64,000 nt of DNA. Source: Chitinophagales bacterium. Its GTDB lineage: Bacteria; Bacteroidota; Bacteroidia; Chitinophagales; Chitinophagaceae. Positions within the stretch are counted from its first letter, which is position 1. The number at the start of each line of letters is the position of its first letter. Shown here piece after piece: positions 8,783 through 16,959 of the stretch. Made by a program: the position numbers and the translations under genes. The notes under the pieces are model-generated. The model saw only the letters and a list, made by a program, of their open reading frames with translations, ran no database searches and had not been told where the DNA came from. The DNA is taken from positions 53,823-117,822 of the forward strand of contig JACJXQ010000009.1 in assembly GCA_020636495.1 (NCBI GenBank), read 5' to 3'.

Positions 8783-11072
8783 GAATAATAAAGAAATATA
8801 TAGTCAATTGAAAAGGATCTGCTATTTGCTGGGATTTATGTTTTGTTCTTTTGCTGTTGCTGCACAATCAATCAGTGTACAACTGGTAGACAAGAACAAT
8901 GGCAACACCATACCTTTCGCTTATATAAACATGATGTCTGCCGTAACAAATGCTGTAATGAATACTGTGCAGACTGACGAAAATGGCAATGCAACACTGA
9001 TACCCGAGCAATATCCTTTTTCCATTGAAATAAATGCGCTGGGTTTTGAATCTGTAAAGAAAACATTCCCCACTTCGCCCGCTGCTAACCGCCTGACCAT
9101 TTACATGAGCAAAAAGTTCTCTTCGCTGAATGAAGTTGTGATCACAGGGTTGAATACCCCGATGAAACAGAAGGATGCTTTGTCGATGTATAAGATCATT
9201 ACGAAAGAACAGATACAGGCACAGGGTGCCGTTACACTGAACGAGGTAATGAAGAACCAATTGAATGTTCGAGTAGACAACGATAACATCCTGGGCTCGA
9301 GCATGAGGATGCAGGGTATGAGTGGCGATAAAGTAAAAATACTTATAGATGGGCTACCACTCAACGGACGTGAGGGCGGTAACATCAACCTGAGCCAGAT
9401 CAACATGAACAATGTGGACCGTATTGAGATCATACAAGGGCCTATGAGTGTTGTTTATGGTACCGATGCGCTGGGTGGCATCATCAACATCATTACCAAA
9501 ACCGAGACCAAACCATTTTCTGTAAATGTGGGTGCCTACTACGAAACGATAGGCAGGTATACTTACGATGCCTCTATTACCAAACGCATTAACAAAAGGA
9601 ACCAGATCACGCTCGGTGGCGGCTCTAATGCCTTCCAGGGCTGGAAGCCAATTTCACAATACAAAATATATAACGAAGATACTTTGTTGTATCAGCGTAG
9701 TTTTCTTTTCAAGCCCAACACACAATATTTAGGCAACTTTGCTTATTCATATGTAGCGCCTTCGGGGTTCAACGTCCATTTTGCCAGCGATTATCTGAAT
9801 GAGCACGTGACCAACAAAGGTAATCTCGAAACATGGGACCCATTCAATGGTGCTTATGCGTATGATGAATATTATAATACTCAAAGATCAATGAACCGCC
9901 TGTCATTAAGCGGCAAACTGGGCAAAAAAGGTACATGGCAAAGCCAGAATGGCTATATGTTGTATTACCGTACCCGCAACAACTATAAAAAGGACATGGT
10001 GACCCTGACACAGGAACTCAATCCTCAGCAGGGCTCACAAGACACTTCATCATTCAGTGATGTGTATGCGCGTGGTAGCTATAGCAACAGCCTTAACAGG
10101 TTTTCTTATACCGTCGGTTACGACATCAACCTGCAATATGCCTACAGTCTGAAAATAAATGGTAACAACAAGACCATACAAGATTACGCAGCTTACACCA
10201 ACTTGTCGTATGAGCTGCTGAAAGACAAATTGAAAGTACAAGGTGGCTTAAGAGGCTCCCTTAACTCATTGTATAATCCACCCGTTATTCCAAGCGTGAA
10301 CCTGCTGTATACACCCGTAAAAAAAATACAGGTACGTGCATCTTATGCCGAAGGATACAGGGCACCGTCATTGAAAGAAATGTACCTGAGCTTTATAGAC
10401 CTGAACCACCACATACTGGGTAATGAGAACCTGAAAGCAGAAAGCAGTCAGCATTTCCAACTTTCTACGTCATACCAGGCATATGAAAAAGAAAACGACT
10501 ACCTGCAACTTATACTCACCGGCTACTATAACAATGTATTTAATGGCATAACGCTGGCACCCACACACCCCGAAGATTCTACCAGCATCGACTACACTTA
10601 TGCCAACCTGTCTCACCAGACCAATACGATCGCATCGGTACAGGCAGATGGACAATACAGCAGGTTGCACTACCAGGTAGGCTATTCATACAATTACACC
10701 TTTGCAGAGCCCGGCAGCTATGCTGCTTTTTCGGCCAGCGAAGCTACCGCTACTATACAATATGCCTGGAAGAGGCCCGGACTGAATGTAAATGTCTTTT
10801 ATAAGCTCAGTGGCAAACAACCATTCCTGCAATCAAATATCGATGGCAGTGCATCCTTCAACGGAGTACAAAAAGCATTTCAGTTATGCGATATATCGCT
10901 GGAAAAGAAATTCTTCGACCGCAAGTTGCAGGTTGTAGCAGGCGTTAAGAATGTGTTTGACTTTCAGCAGGCTACGGTGAGCGGCAGGGTATCATCGGGC
11001 ACACACGGTGGCGGCACCTCCAGCTTCCTACCCAGGAGTTTCTTCACTTCGGTAAGGTTCTCAATTAATTAA
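8781..11072 (+). CDS. TonB-dependent receptor (CarboxypepD_reg + plug + beta-barrel)
   Basis: Plug region (...MRMQGMSGDKVKILIDGLPLNGREGG...IEIIQGPMSVVYGTDALGGIINIITK) and a long beta-barrel. The ORF-track TTG start at 8781 overlaps the upstream terminator's T run. The TTG at 8808 (MKRICYLLGFMFCSFAVAAQ) is a more plausible start. Confidence 0.85.
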   Translation: MNNKEIYSQLKRICYLLGFMFCSFAVAAQSISVQLVDKNNGNTIPFAYINMMSAVTNAVMNTVQTDENGNATLIPEQYPFSIEINALGFESVKKTFPTSPAANRLTIYMSKKFSSLNEVVITGLNTPMKQKDALSMYKIITKEQIQAQGAVTLNEVMKNQLNVRVDNDNILGSSMRMQGMSGDKVKILIDGLPLNGREGGNINLSQINMNNVDRIEIIQGPMSVVYGTDALGGIINIITKTETKPFSVNVGAYYETIGRYTYDASITKRINKRNQITLGGGSNAFQGWKPISQYKIYNEDTLLYQRSFLFKPNTQYLGNFAYSYVAPSGFNVHFASDYLNEHVTNKGNLETWDPFNGAYAYDEYYNTQRSMNRLSLSGKLGKKGTWQSQNGYMLYYRTRNNYKKDMVTLTQELNPQQGSQDTSSFSDVYARGSYSNSLNRFSYTVGYDINLQYAYSLKINGNNKTIQDYAAYTNLSYELLKDKLKVQGGLRGSLNSLYNPPVIPSVNLLYTPVKKIQVRASYAEGYRAPSLKEMYLSFIDLNHHILGNENLKAESSQHFQLSTSYQAYEKENDYLQLILTGYYNNVFNGITLAPTHPEDSTSIDYTYANLSHQTNTIASVQADGQYSRLHYQVGYSYNYTFAEPGSYAAFSASEATATIQYAWKRPGLNVNVFYKLSGKQPFLQSNIDGSASFNGVQKAFQLCDISLEKKFFDRKLQVVAGVKNVFDFQQATVSGRVSSGTHGGGTSSFLPRSFFTSVRFSIN

Positions 11073-11081
11073 GCACAAGCA

Positions 11082-11537
11082 CTAAGAGCAACTGATCTTT
11101 TCTACCCTTCTTTCATGGCGGCCACCTTCAAACGGTGTACTGAGGAATGCATTCATCATTTCTTCTGCCAGCTCAACAGATACAAAACGTGCCGGTATGC
11201 AAAGTACATTAGCATTGTTATGCTGGCGGGCCAGCTGTGCCAGTTCTACATTCCAGCATAGTGCTGCGCGTATACCCTGGTGTTTGTTGGCTGACATACA
11301 TACTCCATTTCCACTGCCACATATCAGGATACCTGCGGCTGCTTTCCCCTGTTCTACCATTTCTGCCAGCGGATGCGCATAGTCAGGATAGTCAGTACTT
11401 TCAGTACTGTAGGTACCTTTATCCTCTACCTGCCAGCCGGCTTTTTTCAGTGCCTCTATTAATATTGATTTATACTCGAAACCTGCATGATCGCCGCCTA
11501 TAGCAACAGGTAATTCATTGTTAAAAACTGCTTGCAT
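11082..11537 (-). CDS. rpiB: ribose-5-phosphate isomerase B
   Basis: GGDHAGFEYK...ILICGSGNGVCMSANKHQGIRAALCW, a diagnostic RpiB/LacAB fold. Confidence 0.92.
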   Translation of the reverse strand: MQAVFNNELPVAIGGDHAGFEYKSILIEALKKAGWQVEDKGTYSTESTDYPDYAHPLAEMVEQGKAAAGILICGSGNGVCMSANKHQGIRAALCWNVELAQLARQHNNANVLCIPARFVSVELAEEMMNAFLSTPFEGGRHERRVEKISCS

Positions 11538-11547
11538 AATTATCGTT

Positions 11548-12393
11548 TTAATCTCTGCGTTTCAGATAGTCTTTGTTGGCGCGTTCGCTGATAGCAATAG
11601 ATACTTCGTACAACAACAGCATTGGCACACACACTAAAAATAAAGAAAATACATCAGGAGGCGTAATGACCGCCGCCAACACAAATATGATCAGTACAGC
11701 AAAATTTCTTTTACCGCGCATTACCTGTGGTGTCAGCAACCCTATCCTCGAAAGGAAATATACCAACACCGGTAACTCAAACACAATACCCACACCTAAT
11801 ACAAGATCGCTCAGCGTATCGTAATAGTTAGACATGGTAATGATATTCTTAAATATCGGGCTGAGGGTATAATTGGCAAAGAAATTAATAGTGAATGGTG
11901 CAATGATATAATAGGCAAAAAGCACTCCCATGAAAAACAGCAATGACGACCAGAAGACAATACCCCGGGCGTGTTTCAACTCGGCTGCTGTAAGTGCGGG
12001 CTTGACAAAACGCCAGAACTCCCAGAATACGTACGGGAATGCAATAATAAAGCCCAGCATGAACGAAACTGAGAAACTCATCATGAACTGGCCCGAAAGC
12101 TCTGTGTTCTGAAAGGAAATATTGATCTCCTTCATACAAAGCGAACTGACTTTTATCATATCAGCCAGTTTGCACATCCACTGGTAGGTAATGAATTCCG
12201 GTTTGGCCGGACCCATTATTATTTTGTCGAAAACAAAGTCCGTATTGATAAAAATGAATATCGCACCTATAATCACTGCCACGAGGGAGCGAACAATATG
12301 CCAGCGCAACTCCTCTATATGATCTATAAAGGACATCTCGGCATTGGGATCCTTAGTATTGCGTTTGTTAAGTACCTTTTTTAGCTTACTCAC
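11548..12393 (-). CDS. tatC: twin-arginine translocase subunit TatC
   Basis: SFIDHIEELRWHIVRSL N-terminal motif and six TM segments. Confidence 0.92.
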   Translation of the reverse strand: MSKLKKVLNKRNTKDPNAEMSFIDHIEELRWHIVRSLVAVIIGAIFIFINTDFVFDKIIMGPAKPEFITYQWMCKLADMIKVSSLCMKEINISFQNTELSGQFMMSFSVSFMLGFIIAFPYVFWEFWRFVKPALTAAELKHARGIVFWSSLLFFMGVLFAYYIIAPFTINFFANYTLSPIFKNIITMSNYYDTLSDLVLGVGIVFELPVLVYFLSRIGLLTPQVMRGKRNFAVLIIFVLAAVITPPDVFSLFLVCVPMLLLYEVSIAISERANKDYLKRRD

Positions 12394-12454
12394 TTTGTCA
12401 ACTTACAGGCGGCAAAGTTAGATAAATATATACCTGCGTGTATAAACTATTATA

Positions 12455-12481
12455 AATAAAAAAGCGGCATACGTGCCGCTT
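12455..12481 (-). terminator. rho-independent terminator after the sigma/anti-sigma operon
   Basis: 8-bp stem AAGCGGCA/TGCCGCTT with loop TACG. On the minus strand it is followed by TTTTTTATTTAT. Confidence 0.7.
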
Positions 12482-12504
12482 CTACTTATAAATTGAAATA
12501 ATAT

Positions 12505-13584
12505 TTATCGTTTATATACTTTAATGGAACAGGTATAATATTCCAGCTTTTCTATTTGCTGCTCCCTGTTCAGCCGGTTCAACCTGTTGGTGCCTGTTAT
12601 TTTTATACTGTTTTCTTTCGGCAGCGTATTCAACAGGTCTATTATCGCATCGGAAGCTACAGCATATGTAGTACCCTCACTCTCACTTTCTTTACCTGTA
12701 ATAATACCGATGATCGTACCCGACGCATCTGCTACAGGAGCACCGCTCTGCCCGGGTCCTGCAGTGATATCCAGCCTGTATTGTGTAGAATCACCACCAT
12801 AACCATTTTTAGCGCTGATATATCCTTCGTTATACACGATCTCATCCTGTGGGAAACCCAGAGTAAACACTCTCGCTCCCAGTTTCCTCTTATTCCTCGC
12901 TATATTATATGGTATTTCCTGTTTGCTGAACTTAAAATTCTTTGATTCTACCTTAAGAATTACAACATCAGTCGTTTCATTAAATGCTACTACATCAGCT
13001 TTGTAATATTCTCCATCTTTGTTCTGTATGTATATGGAGTCAGCACCTGTGATAACGTGGTAGCTACTAACCAGGTACCCGTCGTTGGTGATAGCAAAGC
13101 CGGTACCCGTGTACCTTGCCTCCTGTTGTGGCGTGTAGGTCTGTTTCTTAATGTCACCTATTATCTTATTCTGCGAACGCTTAACTGTTTCCAGGTCGCG
13201 ACGCAACAGGCTGTATTGCGAGGCTATTTTGTTATTGTTGTGCTGTGCTACCCAAAAAGTAGTTAGCGAAGTAAGTATAGCTATACCTGCTGCTATGGCT
13301 GCAGTGCGCCAGTTGTTGTGCCACAGCGAGATAGTTTTTGTCACCAGAGGTGAATGCTTTTCCGCAATAACTTGTTCGTGTATATCCTTCAGCAGTTGCC
13401 TGTATTCTTTTTGTTCGCCACTGCCTTTCAGTGAGCGTAACATATTAATACAGTCCTGGAATTCAGATGCAAATACCGAATCTACTGTCTTTCGCTCCTC
13501 TATGGCATGTTTATCCTCACCTGTAAGTTTTCCTTCCAGGTAAGCCTCGGCCATTTGCCATATATTGTTATCGTATAACATCAC
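12505..13584 (-). CDS. membrane-anchored anti-sigma-like protein fused to a periplasmic trypsin-like (S1) serine protease domain
   Basis: It starts 6 nt after the ECF sigma stop codon. A cytoplasmic N-terminal region of about 90 aa is followed by one TM segment (AAIAAGIAILTSLTTFWVA). The protease domain has candidate triad residues H (SSYHVITG), D (TDVVILKV) and S (GPGQSGAPV). Confidence 0.75.
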   Translation of the reverse strand: MMLYDNNIWQMAEAYLEGKLTGEDKHAIEERKTVDSVFASEFQDCINMLRSLKGSGEQKEYRQLLKDIHEQVIAEKHSPLVTKTISLWHNNWRTAAIAAGIAILTSLTTFWVAQHNNNKIASQYSLLRRDLETVKRSQNKIIGDIKKQTYTPQQEARYTGTGFAITNDGYLVSSYHVITGADSIYIQNKDGEYYKADVVAFNETTDVVILKVESKNFKFSKQEIPYNIARNKRKLGARVFTLGFPQDEIVYNEGYISAKNGYGGDSTQYRLDITAGPGQSGAPVADASGTIIGIITGKESESEGTTYAVASDAIIDLLNTLPKENSIKITGTNRLNRLNREQQIEKLEYYTCSIKVYKR

Positions 13585-13590
13585 AGATCA

Positions 13591-14163
13591 TCATTTCACT
13601 TGTGTGGTATAAAATATTTTCTTCAATCGTGCCAGGCACTTATATTTCTGTGTCTTGGCGTTGTCTGCATTGGTATAGCCAAAATCAGAGGCTATCTGTT
13701 GCATATTATTATTCTTAAAATAGAAGGAGCGGAGTAACGAACTGCAGGGTTCCCCAAGTCGTTGCAATGCATCATCCAGTTGTTTATAATGCATCTCCCT
13801 TTCGTGATGGGCTTTTATGTCATCTTCATAATTCCCTTCAATATTAATCTCCTCTTCATCGTCTATTGCTATGTGCGACTTTGGCTTTGCCTGTACTTTT
13901 TTATACCAGAGGTTGCGTGCGATAGCAAAAAGGTACGTACTCAGTTTACAAGTCAGCTCCAGGTCACCTCCCTTTGCCTTTTCGTACAACACGATCATCG
14001 ACTCCTGGCAAACATCTGCCGCATCATTCTCATCTCCACCTGCTTTTACAATCCATTTGCTGATAAAACGGTAATGATCGCGGTATACCTGCTCCATCAC
14101 CAAACGGTTGCCCAAAGCCAGCTGCCTTACTATCTCCTGTTCCGTGTATAGCTCTTTCTCCAA
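13591..14163 (-). CDS. ECF-family RNA polymerase sigma-70 factor
   Basis: Region 2 (YRDHYRFISKWIV...DAADVCQESMIVLYEK) and region 4 HTH (NNMQQIASDFGYTNADNAKTQKYKCLARLKK). The ORF-track start is TTG, only 3 nt after a promoter-like -10 box, so the true start may lie downstream (latest candidate is the in-frame ATG, Met23, at 14097). Confidence 0.88.
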   Translation of the reverse strand: MEKELYTEQEIVRQLALGNRLVMEQVYRDHYRFISKWIVKAGGDENDAADVCQESMIVLYEKAKGGDLELTCKLSTYLFAIARNLWYKKVQAKPKSHIAIDDEEEINIEGNYEDDIKAHHEREMHYKQLDDALQRLGEPCSSLLRSFYFKNNNMQQIASDFGYTNADNAKTQKYKCLARLKKIFYTTQVK

Positions 14164-14166
14164 TTA

Positions 14167-14194
14167 TTAATATGATTTTGCTCAAAAGGTAACC
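14167..14194 (-). promoter_or_regulatory. candidate ECF-type promoter GGTTAC-N16-TATTAA in front of the sigma gene
   Basis: Minus strand: GGTTAC (14194-14189), 16 nt beginning CTTTT, then TATTAA (14172-14167). Same architecture as the motifs at 14333 and 14779. Confidence 0.55.
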
Positions 14195-14332
14195 CAACAA
14201 TATTTACGTATTTGTTGTTATTCCTTATTATACCTGTAAAGTTAAGGGCAATAAGATTAGAATGGCAATCTAATATGCCTTGCCCGCAAAACATATAAAT
14301 AATATTTTATTGTATTATTTTGTGCATAAGTG

Positions 14333-14360
14333 GGTTACCTTTTGGTTTTCGGGGTATAAA
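14333..14360 (+). promoter_or_regulatory. candidate ECF-type promoter GGTTAC-N16-TATAAA
   Basis: GGTTAC at 14333-14338, 16 nt beginning CTTTT, TATAAA at 14355-14360. It ends 31 nt upstream of the ATG at 14391. Confidence 0.55.
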
Positions 14361-14390
14361 CATTTATACAAAACTTAAAACTGAACTATT

Positions 14391-14639
14391 ATGAAATTTG
14401 TAAAATTCGGAATTTTCGCATTTGCATTAAGCCTTTTCGTTATCTCTTGTGGTAACAATGAAACAGCTGAAGATAAAGCTGAAGACATGACAGAACACAT
14501 GGAAGAAGCTGCTGATGATGCTGGTGAAATGATGGATGAAGCTGCTAATGAAGTAGACACAGCTATGCACGAAGCAGGCGAGAATATGGAAAACGCTGCT
14601 GAAGATGTAAAAGAAGCTGCACACGACGCTACCCACTAA
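14391..14639 (+). CDS. small acidic Met/His-rich lipoprotein (paralog 1)
   Basis: Lipoprotein signal MKFVKFGIFAFALSLFVISC. The mature part is extremely Glu/Asp/Ala-rich with 6 Met and 4 His. It has its own terminator. Confidence 0.7.
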   Translation: MKFVKFGIFAFALSLFVISCGNNETAEDKAEDMTEHMEEAADDAGEMMDEAANEVDTAMHEAGENMENAAEDVKEAAHDATH

Positions 14640-14663
14640 ACGATACTGGATTAACCAAAACTA

Positions 14664-14696
14664 AAAAGCTGCCGGAAATTCCGGTAGCTTTTTTTA
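14664..14696 (+). terminator. rho-independent terminator
   Basis: AGCTGCCGG...CCGGTAGCT stem (one G-U pair) followed by a T7 run. Confidence 0.75.
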
Positions 14697-14778
14697 TGAA
14701 ATTAAAAATCACAAATTACTCATTATCAATTTTTTTCAAATAACAATAAAAAAACTTTAAAAAAATATGCGGATTGCA

Positions 14779-14806
14779 GGTTACCTTTTTTTGTTGTTTG
14801 TATTAA
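14779..14806 (+). promoter_or_regulatory. candidate ECF-type promoter GGTTAC-N16-TATTAA
   Basis: GGTTAC at 14779-14784, 16 nt beginning CTTTT, TATTAA at 14801-14806. It ends 35 nt upstream of the ATG at 14841. Confidence 0.55.
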
Positions 14807-14840
14807 TGAGTAAACTATTCATTTTTAAAAAACTACAATT

Positions 14841-15059
14841 ATGAAATTCGTAAAATTAGGCATCTTCACTCTGGCATTAGGTATGTTCATCGCTTCTTGC
14901 GGTAGCAACGAATCAGCTGAATCTACTGAAGAGGCTCCAATGACTGAAGAAGTAGCTCCTGCTGCTGAAGAAGCTCCAATGACTGAAGAAGCTGCTCCTA
15001 TGACAGATTCTACAGCTGCTCCTGCTGAAGCTCCAGCTACTGAAGAAGCTGCTCACTAA
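14841..15059 (+). CDS. small acidic lipoprotein (paralog 2) with APMT(E/D) repeats
   Basis: The signal MKFVKLGIFTLALGMFIASC is nearly identical to paralog 1. The mature part is Glu/Ala/Pro-rich with three APMT(E/D) repeats and a C-terminal His. Confidence 0.7.
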   Translation: MKFVKLGIFTLALGMFIASCGSNESAESTEEAPMTEEVAPAAEEAPMTEEAAPMTDSTAAPAEAPATEEAAH

Positions 15060-15084
15060 TTTTTATATTAGTAAGAGAAGAAAT

Positions 15085-15117
15085 AAAAAACATCGGCCAG
15101 TGGCCGATGTTTTTTTA
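15085..15117. terminator. bidirectional rho-independent terminator between the lipoprotein gene and rsmI
   Basis: Stem ACATCGGCC/GGCCGATGT flanked by an A run on one side and a T run on the other. Confidence 0.8.
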
Positions 15118-15137
15118 TGCTTTAAAACCCAGGGTTG

Positions 15138-15824
15138 TTATTCTTTTCCTGCCACCACAATTACGATCTCGCCCTTGGGTGGTTTGGCCTCATAGTGCGC
15201 CGCAAGTTCTGTAACGGTTCCCCGAAGCGTCTCTTCAAACATTTTGGTCAGCTCTCTGCATACAGCAGCCTGTCGTTCAGGGGCCAGGTATTCACCTAAT
15301 TCCTTTAATGTTTTTACCAGCCTGTGCGGACTTTCATATAGTACGATCGTCCTGTCTTCGTCAGCCAGTTTTTTAAAGAAGGTTTGCCGACCCTTTTTCT
15401 GTGGGGGAAACCCTTCGAAACAAAAGCGATTGGATGGTAATCCTGATTGTACCAAAGCAGGAACAAATGCACTGGCACCTGGCAGGCACTCTACTTGTAT
15501 ATCATTGCGGATGCATTCCCTTGCCAGCAAAAAGCCGGGATCGGAAATACCGGGCGTACCGGCATCTGTAAGCAGGGCGTAAGTTTTGCCTGCTTTCAGC
15601 TCATCTATTATCTTCTCCAGTGTTTTGTGCTCGTTGTGCTGGTGATGCGGGTACAGCGGTTTGTGGATATTATAATGATTCAGCAACACCGAACTAGTAC
15701 GGGTATCCTCACACAAAATGGCGTCAACTCTGTTCAGTATTTCTACTGCACGGTAAGTAATATCGCCCAGGTTGCCTATCGGGGACGGCACGAGGTATAA
15801 TCGTATATCCTTTTCCTGCTGCAA
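15138..15824 (-). CDS. rsmI: 16S rRNA (cytidine1402-2'-O)-methyltransferase
   Basis: LYLVPSPIGNLGDITYRAVEILNRVDAILCEDTRTSS, the tetrapyrrole-methylase-fold RsmI signature. Confidence 0.92.
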   Translation of the reverse strand: MQQEKDIRLYLVPSPIGNLGDITYRAVEILNRVDAILCEDTRTSSVLLNHYNIHKPLYPHHQHNEHKTLEKIIDELKAGKTYALLTDAGTPGISDPGFLLARECIRNDIQVECLPGASAFVPALVQSGLPSNRFCFEGFPPQKKGRQTFFKKLADEDRTIVLYESPHRLVKTLKELGEYLAPERQAAVCRELTKMFEETLRGTVTELAAHYEAKPPKGEIVIVVAGKE

Positions 15825-15827
15825 AAT

Positions 15828-16082
15828 TTAGCCTTCAATTACAGAAAGGTCGAATTGCTCCATTACAGGATTAGCCAGTAGCTTTTTGCACGCGTCATTC
15901 GCCATAGCTTCCGCCTCTTCTTTTGAGCCTGCTTCTATGTTCAGTGTAATGTGTTTACCTATGCGTACGCCGTCTATTGCATTCAGTCCCAGGTTGTGCA
16001 GACTGTTGTTCACAGCTTTACCTTGAGGATCCAGCAATTCTTTCAGAGGCATTACATTAATGTGTGCTATATATTTCATCAA
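15828..16082 (-). CDS. purS: phosphoribosylformylglycinamidine synthase subunit PurS
   Basis: 84 aa, with VMPLKELLDPQGKAVNNSLHNLGL...IGKHITLNIEA. Confidence 0.9.
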   Translation of the reverse strand: MMKYIAHINVMPLKELLDPQGKAVNNSLHNLGLNAIDGVRIGKHITLNIEAGSKEEAEAMANDACKKLLANPVMEQFDLSVIEG

Positions 16083-16090
16083 AAACTATT

Positions 16091-16855
16091 TTATACTTCG
16101 CTTGGTTTATGAATAAATGATAACAGAATATAGAGTAGGAATATTACAGGTATGATAGCTATATGCAGTACAAACCAGCCTGCTATACCTGCTACTATCA
16201 AGATAAGTTGCGGCCATATAGCAGCGATACTGAAACCTGATGGCATCAGTTTAAAGAAGCGTATTTTAGACAACATCAGCCAACTAAACAGGACGATGAT
16301 GATGTAAATAACCCACTTGTTCTGCAGGTACATACCCATACCAAAAGGATTGTACCAGTTGATAAGCGGGAATGATGCAATGAACAATCCTACAGCGGGG
16401 GTAGGCATACCTATAAAATGTGTTTTCTGCTCAGCAGAACTCTGGTTGAACTTAGCCAACCTGACTGCTGCTGCGCATGCAATAATAAATGCAGGCACCA
16501 TGGCAAACATATTCACGTCCAGAGCATAAGGCTCTGCCATATAGCTGGCCCACAGCATTTTGAACAGTATCATAGATGGTGCGACTCCAAATGATACCAC
16601 GTCGGCCAGTGAATCCAGGTCTTTACCAATAGGAGAAAATACCTGTAATGCCCTGGCTGCCAACCCGTCCAGCATGTCGAACACAGCCGCGAGCAATATG
16701 AACAGTGCTCCCATATAGGCCTGCTCCGTGCCTATCACCCAGTATTCGTTGTCGTTGAACGAGGATACGAAGGGTTGTGCATTAAGTATAAAAGCAATGG
16801 CTATACACCCGCTTACCAGGTTGGCCAGTGTCAGCAAATTGGGTAAATGCTTCAT
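16091..16855 (-). CDS. pssA: CDP-diacylglycerol--serine O-phosphatidyltransferase
   Basis: CDP-alcohol phosphatidyltransferase motif DMLDGLAARA...GKDLDSLADVVSFG. I chose the ATG at 16855 (MKHLPNLLTLAN) rather than the longer ORF-track start. Confidence 0.88.
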   Translation of the reverse strand: MKHLPNLLTLANLVSGCIAIAFILNAQPFVSSFNDNEYWVIGTEQAYMGALFILLAAVFDMLDGLAARALQVFSPIGKDLDSLADVVSFGVAPSMILFKMLWASYMAEPYALDVNMFAMVPAFIIACAAAVRLAKFNQSSAEQKTHFIGMPTPAVGLFIASFPLINWYNPFGMGMYLQNKWVIYIIIVLFSWLMLSKIRFFKLMPSGFSIAAIWPQLILIVAGIAGWFVLHIAIIPVIFLLYILLSFIHKPSEV

Positions 16856-16959
16856 GTGTTGGCAAAGATAATAGCTTATTACGGAAGCTAAGACAAAAAT
16901 TAATGGGGCTGATTGCCCCATTAATAAAATATCTTTTTAAAATTCAGGCACTGGCCCGC

